64,000 nucleotides of DNA from contig OZ249445.1 in assembly GCA_965235115.1 (NCBI GenBank), positions 11,718,001-11,782,000 of the forward strand. The letters are read 5' to 3'. Below the pieces are notes generated by a model. The model worked only from the letters and a program-made list of their open reading frames with translations, was not told the DNA's origin and made no database searches. The DNA comes from Laetmonice hystrix. Its lineage: Eukaryota. Each line of letters starts with the position of its first letter. The first letter of the stretch is position 1. The position numbers and the translations under genes were made by a program. Shown here piece by piece: positions 27,710 through 41,200 of this stretch.

Positions 27710-29852
27710 CTATATGAGTGGCAGGCCAAAATGCGCAGTGACTGCGGCGCAATCACTAACACGAGAGTTGGGCCTATTTATACACAAAAATACAAACATT
27801 TGTCACATTGAACTTTCATTTACATACAGTTATCTTAAGACGTCAATGAAAACGTCTTGTATTGGGTCTATGTCAGCCTATACGGTGAGAAGGTATTTTC
27901 CCGAGATTCAGACCTGTGTTTGATATTGTAACCTCCGGAAGCGCCATCTCCAGTGTAATACGTACACAGATGGCAGGTGTGTGGCTCGAGTGCTTGCCTT
28001 CCACTTGACCCACCGAGTTAGTTCCGATCCATTGGTGTAGTGAGCCGATCACCACGAGAGGATCCATAGCCAGCCCACTCGGCGTGTTGAGGTAGGCAGG
28101 GCGCGTGACGAGAGAACACGTCACATGGCACCAGTCACTAGCGTCACGTGCTGATGGCAGGTTTGTGTGGGGTTTGGCTTGGATCGTTACTACTCGAACC
28201 CCACCGGGCTGTGCCGGGATGGCGGGCCGGGGAGGACAGCCGAGGGGGGCTCGCTCACGGGGATCGCTCGTTAAGGCGACAACACATTACACACGTGACA
28301 TAATAGGTCACCTTCGATCTGTGGCACGCCCCACGTGGTGACTGCGAGAGTGTCGACAGGTCAAGGGGATGATGGGGACGCCAAACCTGGCTACACCTCC
28401 AGTTGGGTGTGGGTGGAGGGGTTGGCATGGAGGAGGTGAGCACGCCTTCACTGTCCTTCTATACCCAGGTCATTAATCGTGTCGTTTACTTCTCCGACTA
28501 ATCCAGGCTCATCATTACAACCAGTCGGTACCAGGTGGCAGGCAAACCACGTCCCCGTTGGAACAGTCGGCGCGCCAGCTGCCTAGTTCTGCCACACGGG
28601 GTCAGATGTCGCCTCTGTCGCCCGTGGCCACCAGGCGCTCGGCGGTGGAGCTCGCTGCCTAATTAAAGACTAGGTGGTCTCCGTCCCTGGTCGGGTAGGG
28701 TATAGTAGACGGGTACAGGGTCAGGAGAGTCACAGAGGGGATTAGTGTCGATAACACCATTAGAAAGGCTTTCCTCACCGCCATGTTATACGGATTAAAT
28801 ACGAGTCTCACTGAATCCGGTGAACCCACACTACAGACGACTATTAACGACACACCCACAGTCAAAGTAGTCTAAACCGCGGGAAATTTCCTATAGCTTT
28901 ACGAGCGCCTCACCGAGGGGAAAACGTAACACAGATAATATAATTCACATGGGAGTAAGATATCAGAGAGGATTCCTTTCATATAAACACTCATGGCTTC
29001 CAACGTTACCTCATCCTGATTAACGCCACGCATGCGCGCTAAGCGACAGATGGCTGATGTAGAAACGCTAGCCATATGTCGCTCAATTTAATTTCTTGAC
29101 CTGGGGATGTACTCATTACAAAATCCACTCCCGATCTCTTCAAAAAAACCTCGTTAACTCATCCAGCCTAATGACTGATAATTGAATTCCGTGTTCAGTA
29201 ATATTAAGAGCTCATGATGCAACCATTCTCCTGTAACTCAGACCTGGAACTGTCAGCTTGACTTGGTCGACCAACATTGTGATGATAACCGGGCGATCGA
29301 CCTAACGTGATATACATACATATTCTAACAGATTACTTATGATATACCATGTAAAATACAACATAACAATTATAATGTTTTATCGGGGTGTTGCTTACAA
29401 ACAGATACCAATATAGTCATCAGGTGGAGAGTCTGAGTTCAAATTTATATATTCCATGCAGTGAACGAATAGGGTGAATAGTGAATAGTGAACAAACACA
29501 GATTGAATCATGTAAACATTAAAAATACGATCGAACCTCTGGAGTATCTCTGTGTAAATAAGAACCACAACCTGCAGAGCGATTACATGAATGTTAAATA
29601 TCTCCCATTGTATTTAAGGAGGCCCTGTTCTGTCGTGTAGTGTTGTGGTACTGATGTACAGTTGTATCTTTCCCACATCGGTTATGGGCCTTATTAGGGC
29701 GCTCTAGGCAGACAATGAAAACGCCCGCCTCCCGCTATCTCCGAGACAATGCATCTGTTTGTGTGGTCACGTGCACCAAACGCTGGTCCCAGCGGACAGA
29801 GATAAGATCCAAGAGCGATCGTCATCACCGCCACAAAGGGCTGGGTTCGGAT

Positions 29853-31096
29853 CCCCGGACTCCTGGCGGCGGCGGGCAGAGTGAGAGTTAGGACTCCTGT
29901 CTTACTGCGTGCCCCGGTCTCCTGGCGGCGGCGGGCAGAGTGAGGGTTAGGACTCCTGTCTTACTGCATGCCCCGGCCTCCTGGCGGCGGCGGGGAGAGT
30001 GAGGGTTAGGACTCCTGTCTTACTTCATGTCCCGGCCTCCTGGCGGCGGCGGGCAGAGTGAGGGTTAGGACTCCTGTCTTACTGCATGTCCCGGCCTCCT
30101 GGCGGCGGCGGGCAGAGTGAGGGTTAGGACTCCTGTCTTACTTCATGTCCCGGCCTCCTGGCGGCGGCGGCAGGGAGAGTGAGGGTTAGGACTCCTGTCT
30201 TACTGCATGTCCCGGCCTCCTGGCGGCGGCGGGCAGAGTGAGGGTTAGGAATCCTGTCTTACTGCATGCCCCGGCCTTCTGGCGGCGGCGGGCAGAGTGA
30301 GGGTTAGGACTCCTGTCTTACTGCATGCCCCGGCCTCCTGGCGGCGGCGAGCAGAGTGAGGGTCAGGACTCCTGTCTTACTGCATGTCCCGGCCTCCTGG
30401 CGGCGGCGGGCAGAGTGAGGGTTAGGAATCCTGTCTTACTGCATGCCCCGGCCTCCTGGCGGCGGCGGGCAGAGTGAGGGTTAGGACTCCTGCCTTACTG
30501 CATGTCCCGGCCTCCTGGCGGCGGCGGGCAGAGTGAGGGTTAGGACTCCTGTCTTACTGCATGTCCCGGCCTCCTGGCGGCGGCGGGCAGAGTGAGGGTT
30601 AGGACTCCTGTCTTACTGCATGTCCCGGCCTCCTGGCGGCGGCGGGCAGAGTGAGGGTTAGGACTCCTGTCTTACTGCATGTCCCGGCCTCCTGGCGGCG
30701 GCGGGCAGAGTGAGGGTTAGGACTCCTGTCTTACTGCATGTCCCGGCCTCCTGGCGGCGGCGGGCAGAGTGAGGGTTAGGAATCCTGTCTTACTGCATGC
30801 CCCGGCCTCCTGGCGGCGGCGGGCAGAGTGAGGGTTAGGACTCCTGTCTTACTGCATGTCCCGGCCTCCTGGCGGCGGCGGGCAGAGTGAGGGTTAGGAC
30901 TCCTATCTTACTGCATGTCCCGGCCTCCTGGCGGCGGCGGGGAGAGTGAGGGTTAGGACTCCTGTCTTACTGCATGTCCCGGCCTCCTGGCGGCGGCGGG
31001 CAGAGTAAGGGTTAGGACTCCTGTCTTAGCATGTCCCGGCCTCCTGGCGGCGGCGGCCAGAGTGAGGGTTAGCACTCCTGTCTTACTGCATGTCCC
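29853..31096. repeat. GC-rich minisatellite, 59-bp unit, 21 copies
   Basis: Consensus GGCCTCCTGGCGGCGGCGGGCAGAGTGAGGGTTAGGACTCCTGTCTTACTGCATGTCCC; 21 units counted; head-to-tail with no unique spacers. Confidence 0.98.
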
Positions 31097-34000
31097 TGGC
31101 CCACCACCGAACGACGGACAGGCTGGCGGACGGACCGACCGACCGACGGGCCGCCGGGTGCTGCCTACTACACGATTAATGCTTGGTTATCTCCACCAAT
31201 TCTCCTTCCACTTAGACCACAGCACTTTAGGCCAATATTATATATCTAGGAACTAAAGGTGCTCTCTTTACCTTTAGAAAGAATATTAAATCTTAGACTT
31301 CAATTTTACAAGAGGTCATCAAGGTCACACGTCTTGTATTATTTCCTGCTCGTTCCTTGTCTAAAGATATAATTATATGCACATACTCAATAAGAAATCC
31401 TGCTGCTTACAACATATAGGCAGTCGGTTATACCGTTTGCACCCCTCTTGAGTTATTGTTAATACTCCTGGTATAAAACAATAGGATTATCATGCCGGAG
31501 GCATAGTCCTGTAAACAAAAGAGATGTATAGCTTCAATGCCATGTCAGGTTAAGCAAGGGTTAATTATTGCGCCTGGTTTGACTGGCAGTATGTGCAGGC
31601 CTGGTGGTGGATGGCCAGTTCCATTGTCTAACCTTGACTTGCATACAATTATACTCTATCCCAGATTAATAATCAAGCCACAGTGAAAGGCCGCACTAAT
31701 CCCGTCTGAATTATTCATGATGCTAACGGCCAATTAAAAGTAGACATTTTGTTGTCTGAAACAACAGATCTGGCATGGGGGCACGAGACACGGATAAACA
31801 AAGGAATGTGGTCTTGATTTGAAAGCAATCGACAGGTTTAAAATATTGGTTGTTCATCAAGTCAAGAATGTGAGGGTAAAACGGCAACCCCTTGATTCCT
31901 CAATGTGAATAAGAAAAAAACATAATGATGAATGCATGTTTCATCATAGCACCTAAATTATCGGGTGACTTCAATGAATGTGTCTCCGGCAGGATACCCC
32001 GGCAGGCTCTATCCTAGCTGGCTTCACATGTATGTTTATCGCAACTTGCGTAAGGCCATGTTGATACTTGGTACCAGTACTGGTAGGTGTCCAGTCTCCA
32101 ACCCGGCCACTAATTGGGCGCATGCTGCACTACACAGTTTCTATCATACGTCCTATTTACCAAGTCGACTTAGTTCTAACTCGCCTTCCATGGGGAAGCA
32201 TGTATACCTCTTCTGACTGACTTTACTCTTAAATTATCACGTATTTGCCTTTGGAAATATCTTTGCCCTGTGTTTGCACTGTGCAAAAGGTTCTTTATGT
32301 TTTGTGAGGGATTGGATTTCCTATCGGAATATCGCAGACACCATGCATTCTGGATGATTCAACAAAAAGGTAATTTCCCCCTTTCTTAGTCCTCATGTCT
32401 TAATATAGCCGTTGGTTTGACTTTTTATCACTGGAGACAAGCACTGTTTTGAAGGTACCTTTTTTCTAATGCCAAAGGTCTTGTTTTCACGACACGATAG
32501 GTTTGTTATATACCTATAACTTTGAAGTCGGACCGCCAAACTGTCGTTTTTTTATACTGGTGAGGTTTATCCACAGTATATACCTCTCGGCAAGCGGGGG
32601 TTGAAAGTTGCCGCCGCTCTTTACAACTGTCAGATTTCTAATACAAATTCACACAAAGCGAATGAAAGAGCAATAATTTCATACCTGAATGGAGGCGAAA
32701 ACTTCCACATTTTCAGAAAGGATTTCACCCAGTCCGTATTTAATCAGATATTCATTATTTCGGATTTCAAACCGAGTCGGCAAACCCCCAATCTGGTGAT
32801 TTGCCTGCTTTATAGAGCGATGTTGGAAGCAAATACAATATCGTCAATAAAGATCGCCAGGCATGCATTCATAGGCGCTTACTGTGCGCCCATCAAGCGT
32901 TATTGACACTCGAGCCAAACGTTAAAGGCCGTTTGATGTGGCTACACTCTATAAAAGCAGACTCATCTATTATTTAATTCACTCTCATCTCAACTACGAC
33001 ACCTTTAAGCTTAAACAGCACAAGCGCGGTTAAAACGGCTCGTTGCCTTTGTCCCATGCTGAGCAAACAGGTCTGTACAATTGGAAACGGTGTAGCTTTG
33101 GCGTCATCACCCAAAAGAGAGACTAATTTGTGGGTATCATTCCCCACAATCCCAACCCCGATGCAATGTATATCATAGTGGCCGACTTCACCTGCGAACA
33201 TGTCGGGTATGCATTGCAGGCGCTGTTGTGTTTATTTGCTGGACAAAGAAGTGCGCCAGGGCTGGACGACTCGATGGTATTCTTGCTGCGTATTTGACGA
33301 GAAACGATACATGACATAGCCCGCGGGAGTCTCTTATCCAACCTAGCTTAATTCCCTGTCAGCGTTACTGTCAGGGCTCCCCAAGACATTACAGAGGGAG
33401 TTCAGTTAGGCAAGGAAAGGACGCACCTGTGCCGTGCTATACCGCCGGCTACATTGTCTGTGACCGTCGGGCGGTTGATCGGGGCGTGCCCTTTCACCCC
33501 GCCCATTTCAAAGATCTCTCCTCCGGAACAAGGCACTCGGCCGCCATCGGAATGTACCCCTCATCCACCCCCACAGTCTACCCCCTGCCAACCCCACCAA
33601 CTCAACCTTGCCCACCAGTATCCTATAGCCGCAAGAGATGAACTGCCACCCGCCCGGCGTGGCTAATAGTTAAGTCCCGACCTGATTGCGTCACCTATAA
33701 AACCTCCACTCCTGCCGAGCCATACTTACCATCTTGATACCACCCCTGACGTGAGCCGTTCACAGCCACAGCAGGCGAGCTCGTCTCAAACTCCAGTCTC
33801 CGTGTCAACCAGCGGATGTCTGTCTCCACTCTCTGAAATTAAATATCTAATTAGACGCGCCTGATTAATACCTTGACGTGAATATGTTCACGCTATAGAC
33901 TGTAAATTGGAAATCATATTTGAGCACAATGGTTACGCAACACAATCCGATGTAACACGATTCCTGTATCAGTGTCAATGGTTGGGAAGGCTTGGAATGT

Positions 34001-35177
34001 GGGGCTTAGGTTATAGGCCTACTTTTAGTGGTGATTTATACACTTCAGGCTGATGATGGTATGCCTTATACTATATCAACAAGGGTGAGGGTATGAGGAC
34101 GGGGGGGGGGAGGGGGGGTGGACGTACGTGTGTGTAACTTCAGACGATAAGGTCCATATCGATTTTTACAGTGCAATTCTCAAATCGGAGCCAGAAAATA
34201 GCATCAAGCTTATAGCTAGATACACGTTGGGAAATAAATGATCCAATGTTCCAAAAAAGGTTGATCAATTTTGGTCGATTGGCTCTAATGGAGACTACAT
34301 GTACCCCATCAACATGTGCATCATGACTGAGCATACCTATCGACGATTAGACGTTTTTATTTATCTTTTAATTTTTTATTAGGGTAGGTTGTTGTTATGA
34401 GCATTGCCTTTTAAATGATGGTTTTATCTAGTTGAAATAATTCTTCATAATTCTTCTGTATACTTTCAGATTGCACGCTTGAATTGTGATTTGAAGGAGA
34501 GCCACGTATATGCATTCATTCCCCCACGAATATGGTCGTATACCACAAACTCTGACCAGATATAGAAACATCCAGAAAACGGGCCGCCGAGCCGTGGCCG
34601 GAGAGAGTAGGGCGCTACCCTGATCGCCAAGCTGTCCGTCCCCCTCCCGCCCGACCTCCCGCCCGGAGGCACCGCTCTCTATGTGAGCCACTCCAACCAA
34701 TTATCGTCAATACCACCCGGCCTGTCTTCTAACGGGATCAATCCAGGTAAGGTATTCCCTTCTCTCACTCAACTAGTCAAACTGCTGGCCCAGTGGGCCT
34801 ATACATCAACCCAGGATAAACGTCGTCAAAATCATTGTAACCTCTCCTAGTGATGACTGTGTGTGCAAATATAGATGGACATGTACCATCTATATACTTG
34901 TCTATAAACGTCTAGAACACGTGGTACTTTATATGTCTGATACACACCTATAGAATAATCACAATAATTATGTAGGTAATCTAGATAACGTGAACATAAT
35001 TATGCAGATTATCACATTGAAAGTATGCATTTTCGTTAGAATCTATTTGATCAAACAAATGTATACCTCGATCTGTCTATAATCTGTTTATACTATATGA
35101 TTACCTGGTTACTATCGTTATGGTTAGCTTGAGTATAACAGTTAGATTATGTACATAATATTTTGTACATTACTCTT

Positions 35178-35206
35178 ATCATCGCCATCATCATCACCAT
35201 CATCAT
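35178..35206. repeat. Imperfect (ATC)n trinucleotide repeat
   Basis: atcatcgccatcatcatcaccatcatcat. Confidence 0.85.
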
Positions 35207-38200
35207 TACAAAAAAATCACAGTATATATTATATAGAGTAGGCCAGTGTATAGGTGTGCCGTGTACTCGATCATGAACACGGGAGTGGTTGATCGGAGAG
35301 AGTGAGCAAAGGTTGGATGTAACGAGGCATGAGAACGGCCAAGGTCGGTGTCCCTATACCCAACCCTTGCCTGTAGTCTGTGTATAATACCTGCGCTCTT
35401 TTATACACACCATCAACGTATAAATATACGCTTACACGGGACCACTTCACCGGGATTGCATTCTTGAGAAGCAAAATATGTATTTTCCTCTTTACATACC
35501 ATTTTTTGTAATTTTGAATATAGTAAAGGAGTTCAATAATTGTCCATAGTAACATAATAACGGAATAAGGTTAGGCGTCCACATGCAGTACACTCTATAG
35601 GAAACGTTTGCGCGTACATATAGCCCCTATTACATAGCCCCTGTATTAGTTCTATACACATGTATAGGTCTATATATGGAGCCGACTCTGCTCCAAGGAC
35701 ATGACACCGGGCCATACCTTGAGTGTAAATGGCTGGGCGGGGTAGTATTGAGTTATACCTCTAGGAAAGAGTACATCTCCCGATAAGTGAGGGCAAGGTT
35801 ACATTGTTCTCATTCCACCCCACACAATATCTCCAATGTCCTTCTATACAGCTAGATGTGCGGAGTACGGTGCTTGGTATCCTTCAAATCCCCTCCAGCT
35901 ACCCCTCACCACCACCACCCGGCCCACCCCACCCACAACCGCCACCACCCCACCACCACCCCACCACTAACCCTCTGCCGGTCGACAGCTGTTCCGCCTT
36001 GTAGGCCTCTTTGCAGACCACGCCAGCAGCAACGCCAATTAAAATATTACTTCCTCGGGTTAATATGTATTTGTCTCTGGTGACCCTGGATACAAGTAAT
36101 TATTTTTCTTGGTCTGCCCACCACCATGCTCCAGCGCACCTATTAAAGCCTGCCCACGGCGTGGTAATCGTAAATGAAAGACTGCCCCCTGCGAAACACG
36201 TCTCGCCATGACCAGATTCGGCGAGAAGAAAGGAAAGTTGCAGCCGGGCCGACTTAGGTGCACTTGATTTCATGAAATTGATACTGGGCTGGCTTCTGAT
36301 CAAGGGATATTGTTCAGCTGGGCCGTCCTGTCTGTTTCTTGTGAGGGTGCTGTGTAAGATCTGCCGACATGATGAGTTGTCTGAATGTTTGCGACCATTT
36401 TTACTCTTTCAAGTGTTACACAGCGCTTGGTGGCGTCATAACCAATTACACGCAACTCCAGCCGTGTTCGGATCAATCAAGGAGTTATTTGCCCTGTTTC
36501 GCGTCACTGAGGGTGTTTTCTTTCTCGCCAGAGCGATTTGAGATTAAAAGCAAACGGTTGCGTATGTCAAAGTTGGGCGTGTCGTTGGTGCTCATATCGG
36601 CAAGCAAAATAAACCTGAATATCGGGCAGGCGTACACAGTGGAGCAGGCTGCTATAAATTAGGGGAGATTATTATACACTACATACAAGTACATGTCTGT
36701 CGTTGGTTTGATGAGGCGATCGTGGCTGATCATTACAGGGACAGACCGCCATAAGACGACATCATAATACTACCACCGGGCGGCATGCTCTGTGCTGTCG
36801 GACGATCGCCAAGGGCGCAGGAACCTTTTAAGTGTTCAGTTGGTTCACACGGGAAATTATCGTCAGGGGATAATCACAGAACAGAATACATACAGTTTAC
36901 GGATTCTGCTGCGGCTAGCAGTCCGAATCGCGGCCCTTTTTCTAGGGCCGCGCGCGACACCAGGGCGGTAGTCGAGTTCGACATCGATTGGTCCCGCATG
37001 CCTCCCCGCACCGAGCGACCTCCACTCTATTTTCAAGAGTGAAAAAAATGAAAAAACAAAAAACCACACACACGGGTAGGAGACATCAAAGAGGGTCCAG
37101 GTCAAGGGTTGTGACATTCCGATACAACTACCTCGCATCCCCTCAAATTAGACGGCAGTGTATGCCTTAATGTGGCGTGGGGTTGGTGCCCCAGCCCGGG
37201 CGGGGCGGCGGGGCGGAAAACAAGCTCACTGCCCCGGCACACACGACTTAGCATCGGCCCCTTGTGGCGGGCAGGCCGGGCGGCCCTAAAGCCTGCCCAC
37301 CTCTACCGCAAACAATTCACAAATAACGCCACGTGAATATACATGTACTTCTTGCTCTTTTAAAACTCACTCAGACGGGGTTGCTGAAAGACTTGTCTTT
37401 TTTCGCGCCCCGTCTCCCATGTCGGGGGCCGACCCTGCAGCCCTCCACCCCAGCCAGGCCTCCTCCCCGACACGCATATCGCCACAAGCGTTTCCTTGTG
37501 CCCAGCTCCCCTCCCGTTTGTACCCACAATTTGAGCTGTATAATATTTAACACTACGCAAAGGTCCTATCTATGGTATTTATGGATGTCTTCATATCGGT
37601 CTAAACTAGATGGAAAGTGTTTGTAGCTTGCCGTTTGTAAAATTTCGTTAAATTCTCTGAGAGCTTCCCGAGACTGCATGCCTAGGTTTTTCACGGACAG
37701 GCCGGGTGAAGATAACGAAGCTCCCGGCACTGTGCCAAGGGTGGAACCATTGGATCTATTCCAAATAGGCCACTATTGGACCCGTACACATACCATTAGT
37801 TCCCCTATATATATTTCCGACAAGCTATCTCACAGCCAGAATATATCTGGGTTACCCCATTCCCAGCCGTTTCATCCTGTGAATAAAATCACCTCCGCCA
37901 AACAATTTCCACGAGCAAGTAAAATTTGCTGACACATTTATATATAAAAATCAAAGATTGAATTTTGTGTGGATTTTCTGTATGCCAGACCCCAGTTGGC
38001 AGCATGGTTGGTGTGTAGAGCCACCCAATTTCTGCGTGTTCTTTGTTCAGTAAAGATGGCGACGTTGATGATTCAGAAGTCGTGTAATGTTACGCCCTCT
38101 GTTGGTAAGGGAGAGCGTAGAGTGGGCGGTTTCCGTCCCACATAACTTGCTGTCTGTGAATCACACTTAGAGTAAATGGTGCCAATTTTTCCTCGTCAAC

Positions 38201-41200
38201 ATCACAACCATTGTCAGTGCTCGTTACCATCTCTTTACGAGAACACAGATCGTTATGTCGACCATTTCCTGTAGCTTAATTTCTTCAAATCGATCCAAAT
38301 GTTCCGTAATATTCGAAACAGCGACATTTGAGCCTGCATAGAAGCGTTTTTATACCGTGAGTTGGTGACGTTGCTATCACTCTCCCTGCTTGTCAATCTC
38401 ATCATCTTTATAATTTATAATCAAAGAGCTCAGAATGTGCCAACTATAATGCAGTAGACCACTTTATATTTGTTTGGGATAATAACTCACGTTTTTAGCA
38501 ATAACTACCCCGTCCCTCTCCCAAAGTATGCCAATTCTACAAAAACATACTCGAAAATATCGACGGTATGTTATCGGTAAACAACCATGTAGCTCGATCA
38601 CTCGCTGGTGTTTGTTTATAGCAGTTCATATTTCCTATGATATAATATATTTTTAATTCAAATGATACAAAAATGACTCCATTTGTTCACAGCCGTGTCA
38701 TACTAAAATGAACGTTTCGCCTATAGTCTAAATCTTCCACGAAAGATAACCGAAAGATTATATTTAATCTATTTTTCTCCTTCTTTAAAGTTGGATAGAA
38801 AAATGCAAGGCATTGGGGACTGGACAGCAGAAGCTATATTGCATATAAACAAGACGATGCCATATTGAACCGCGGCAGTGCTACTGATGGTGGGTAGGTT
38901 TGGAACCACCCTTGAGCTCTGCCATCGACTACCTCCGACCAGCTGGTTCCCTGTGTAGTATGGGTTTAGGTCAGCCCCGGGGATGGAGCTGCCAGGGGCC
39001 GGGCCACAGATGAGACCTGAGCCAGATGCCTGCCCGCCTGCCTCCTTGGTTGCCAGGCCCCTCCCTCCTGCCTGCCAGCCAGCCGGCCGGCTAGCCAGCC
39101 AACCAGCCAGTCGAATGTCATGTCCCTGACCCACGGATCGGGGCTGGTCGGCATTGACAACAACGATCGCTGATGGTAGTGGGAGAATAACACGGCAATG
39201 AGGCCTTTGATCTATTCTGGTCTGTCGGTGCCCGAGGTTCAGGTGATCCTTCCGCCCGGGGACGACACAAAGGCCGACTTGCCCTCCGTCTTTGGTACAA
39301 TACCATCTGATGTACCAAACAGGGCGGGCATTGTTAGCTTCGCAGTCATCTGAAGAAAATGTCAAATACACTCATGTTTGTTTAATCTCATTGTTCGACG
39401 GGGTGGACCCTAGGAAATCCTACGCATTATAGTAGAGCTATACTCTCGTATATAACTGGCGTTCTCATACATAATACATGCTCGAGAATACAAGAGTGCG
39501 CTTGTATACTCTATAATTGTGTAAAAAATATAGTGTATATGTTTTGACGAAGGAAACCCCCCTTCCCTATAGTATACACAGCAGAAAATGGTTTATATTA
39601 ACGAACTCTCCCGTTGCACTTGGGTTAAAGATACAAACCAAACGCATGAGGGGACAAAATAAATTCGGAGTTGATCTGCAATCGAGCAATTACTAATGCC
39701 TTAGATCTTCGCCAGGCTTGCACGCATCCATATTTGATGGAAGTTTTGGCGCGCTTTGAGCAGACGACAGTGGCCGCCATCTACAGTGCTACTAAAATAT
39801 TCAAGACAACGCTCCGCGTTCATTGTCCCACGTGCGCGGCAAACTGAATGGCTAATTCCCCGCCGAAGGCGAAGTCGCTGTCCGTTCTCTGTATAGGTTC
39901 TTGCCGCTAGGAACTGTGTAGAAAATGCAAGGAAAATGAATTAAATTACAGTAAAACCGTACCATTCGACAAAAGGGGTCGGGTCAAGTAAGGCGTTTTG
40001 GAGAGGGATAACTCAGCGTGGGATGATGAGCGGGTTGGGCTTCAGGAGACCCTGCATGTGTCATTTCACGAGAAGCTCGCTCATGGACAATGAGTACAAT
40101 ATCGAAATTCACCAAAAAGTTCAGTTCTATACCCTCTTCACCTTTGATTCAACGTGTTTCTTCCTTTGTCCCTCCCAAGAGAAGATCGACGAGAATTGCC
40201 ATTGTATGTCATAACCCCGAAGCACATTTTTGCATTGTGTGTGTCTATTTATTCCTGTCATTCTGCGTTTTTCTTCATTTTCTATTTTTTATGCTATATA
40301 CCTTTCATCACTTCTGCATGGGCGATCTGACTTCATTCATATGGCTTCATATTTAGCATCTCCGAAGCCATTTTCAAAATGATATTGCCAACACTTTATA
40401 TGTGCTACACATCTCTTGCAACTGAGTATTAAGACTTTTCTGTTATCAAACCGCAGAGAAAACTCTGGCATCATGTTGGGTATGTATATGGCCGGAAGCA
40501 GGGGTATAGACATTATTAGTCAGTGTGCTCCACGCCTACAATATTACATCACCAACTATTCCAGATGTCAACCATACAATACCGGCAGTACAATACCATC
40601 TCGACTCTCAAACTTACAGGATATCACACCACCCCATACCTTGAATAGTTCACTTTCCTTTCTGCCTCCCTAGAAAACAAGGCTAATAATTGTGCGTCCA
40701 TGAAATAACAAACGGTTGCAGGTGCGTTATGACTTTTGAAGTCCATTTTATGTCAAGGTATTCACTCTAAACTTAGCCTGAGGCACGAGGCTTTCTTATC
40801 AGTATACTTGGGTCGGCCTGGCAATTATCAATATAGTTTTTACCCCCAATCCATGGAGGAGGGGAACAGTGGGGAGTTACCTGTGTCGCCCACAGTTGTA
40901 AACTCCCTGCGTGACATGGCGTATAAAATCAGCCATGATCAAGACGAAGGAGTTTGTATTTCGTTAGTCAACCATCTAACCGTCACAGTCGATCATTTAC
41001 AATCTTTCGATCGTAGAAGGGCCACACAAAGTTAGATAGCAGTATAAGTAGGCTGGGAAACTACATGGATCGGCTACACGCATTGGGAGGGAATCTCGTT
41101 ACCCTCAGAGTAAATATTCTCCATGGCAGCACTAGATCATGCAAACGTTTTATTTGATGTCGATGCCGACATATGATTACCCGTAATTTGGCAGGAGGGA

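Noticed and set aside
29800-29860. tRNA-like head before the minisatellite (GGTTCGGATCC)
   Set aside because: The B-box is mismatched at a key position and no A-box is discernible.
30070-30098. Minisatellite segment TACTGCATGTCCCGGCCT resembling miR-92
   Set aside because: The seed differs, a 2-nt gap is needed, and there is no pre-miRNA hairpin.
29853-31096. CRISPR-like regular repeat
   Set aside because: Units are head-to-tail with no unique spacers, no cas genes are present and the context is eukaryotic; it is a minisatellite. The 59-bp unit is not a multiple of 3, so it is not a coding repeat either.
32974-33201. Peptide with ABC-signature-like LSMGQRQR and ROK-like AGEVGH
   Set aside because: The motifs come from unrelated families in one short ORF, with no Walker B DE and no matching upstream context; most likely coincidence.
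33722-33730. ATACTTACC resembling the U1 snRNA 5' end
   Set aside because: The following sequence does not continue as U1 (no CTGGCAGGGG); it is simply the reverse complement of a splice donor.
38769-39371. Longest ORF (200 aa, minus strand)
   Set aside because: Kept open by a GC-rich (GCCA)n low-complexity tract; no recognisable domain or exon boundaries.
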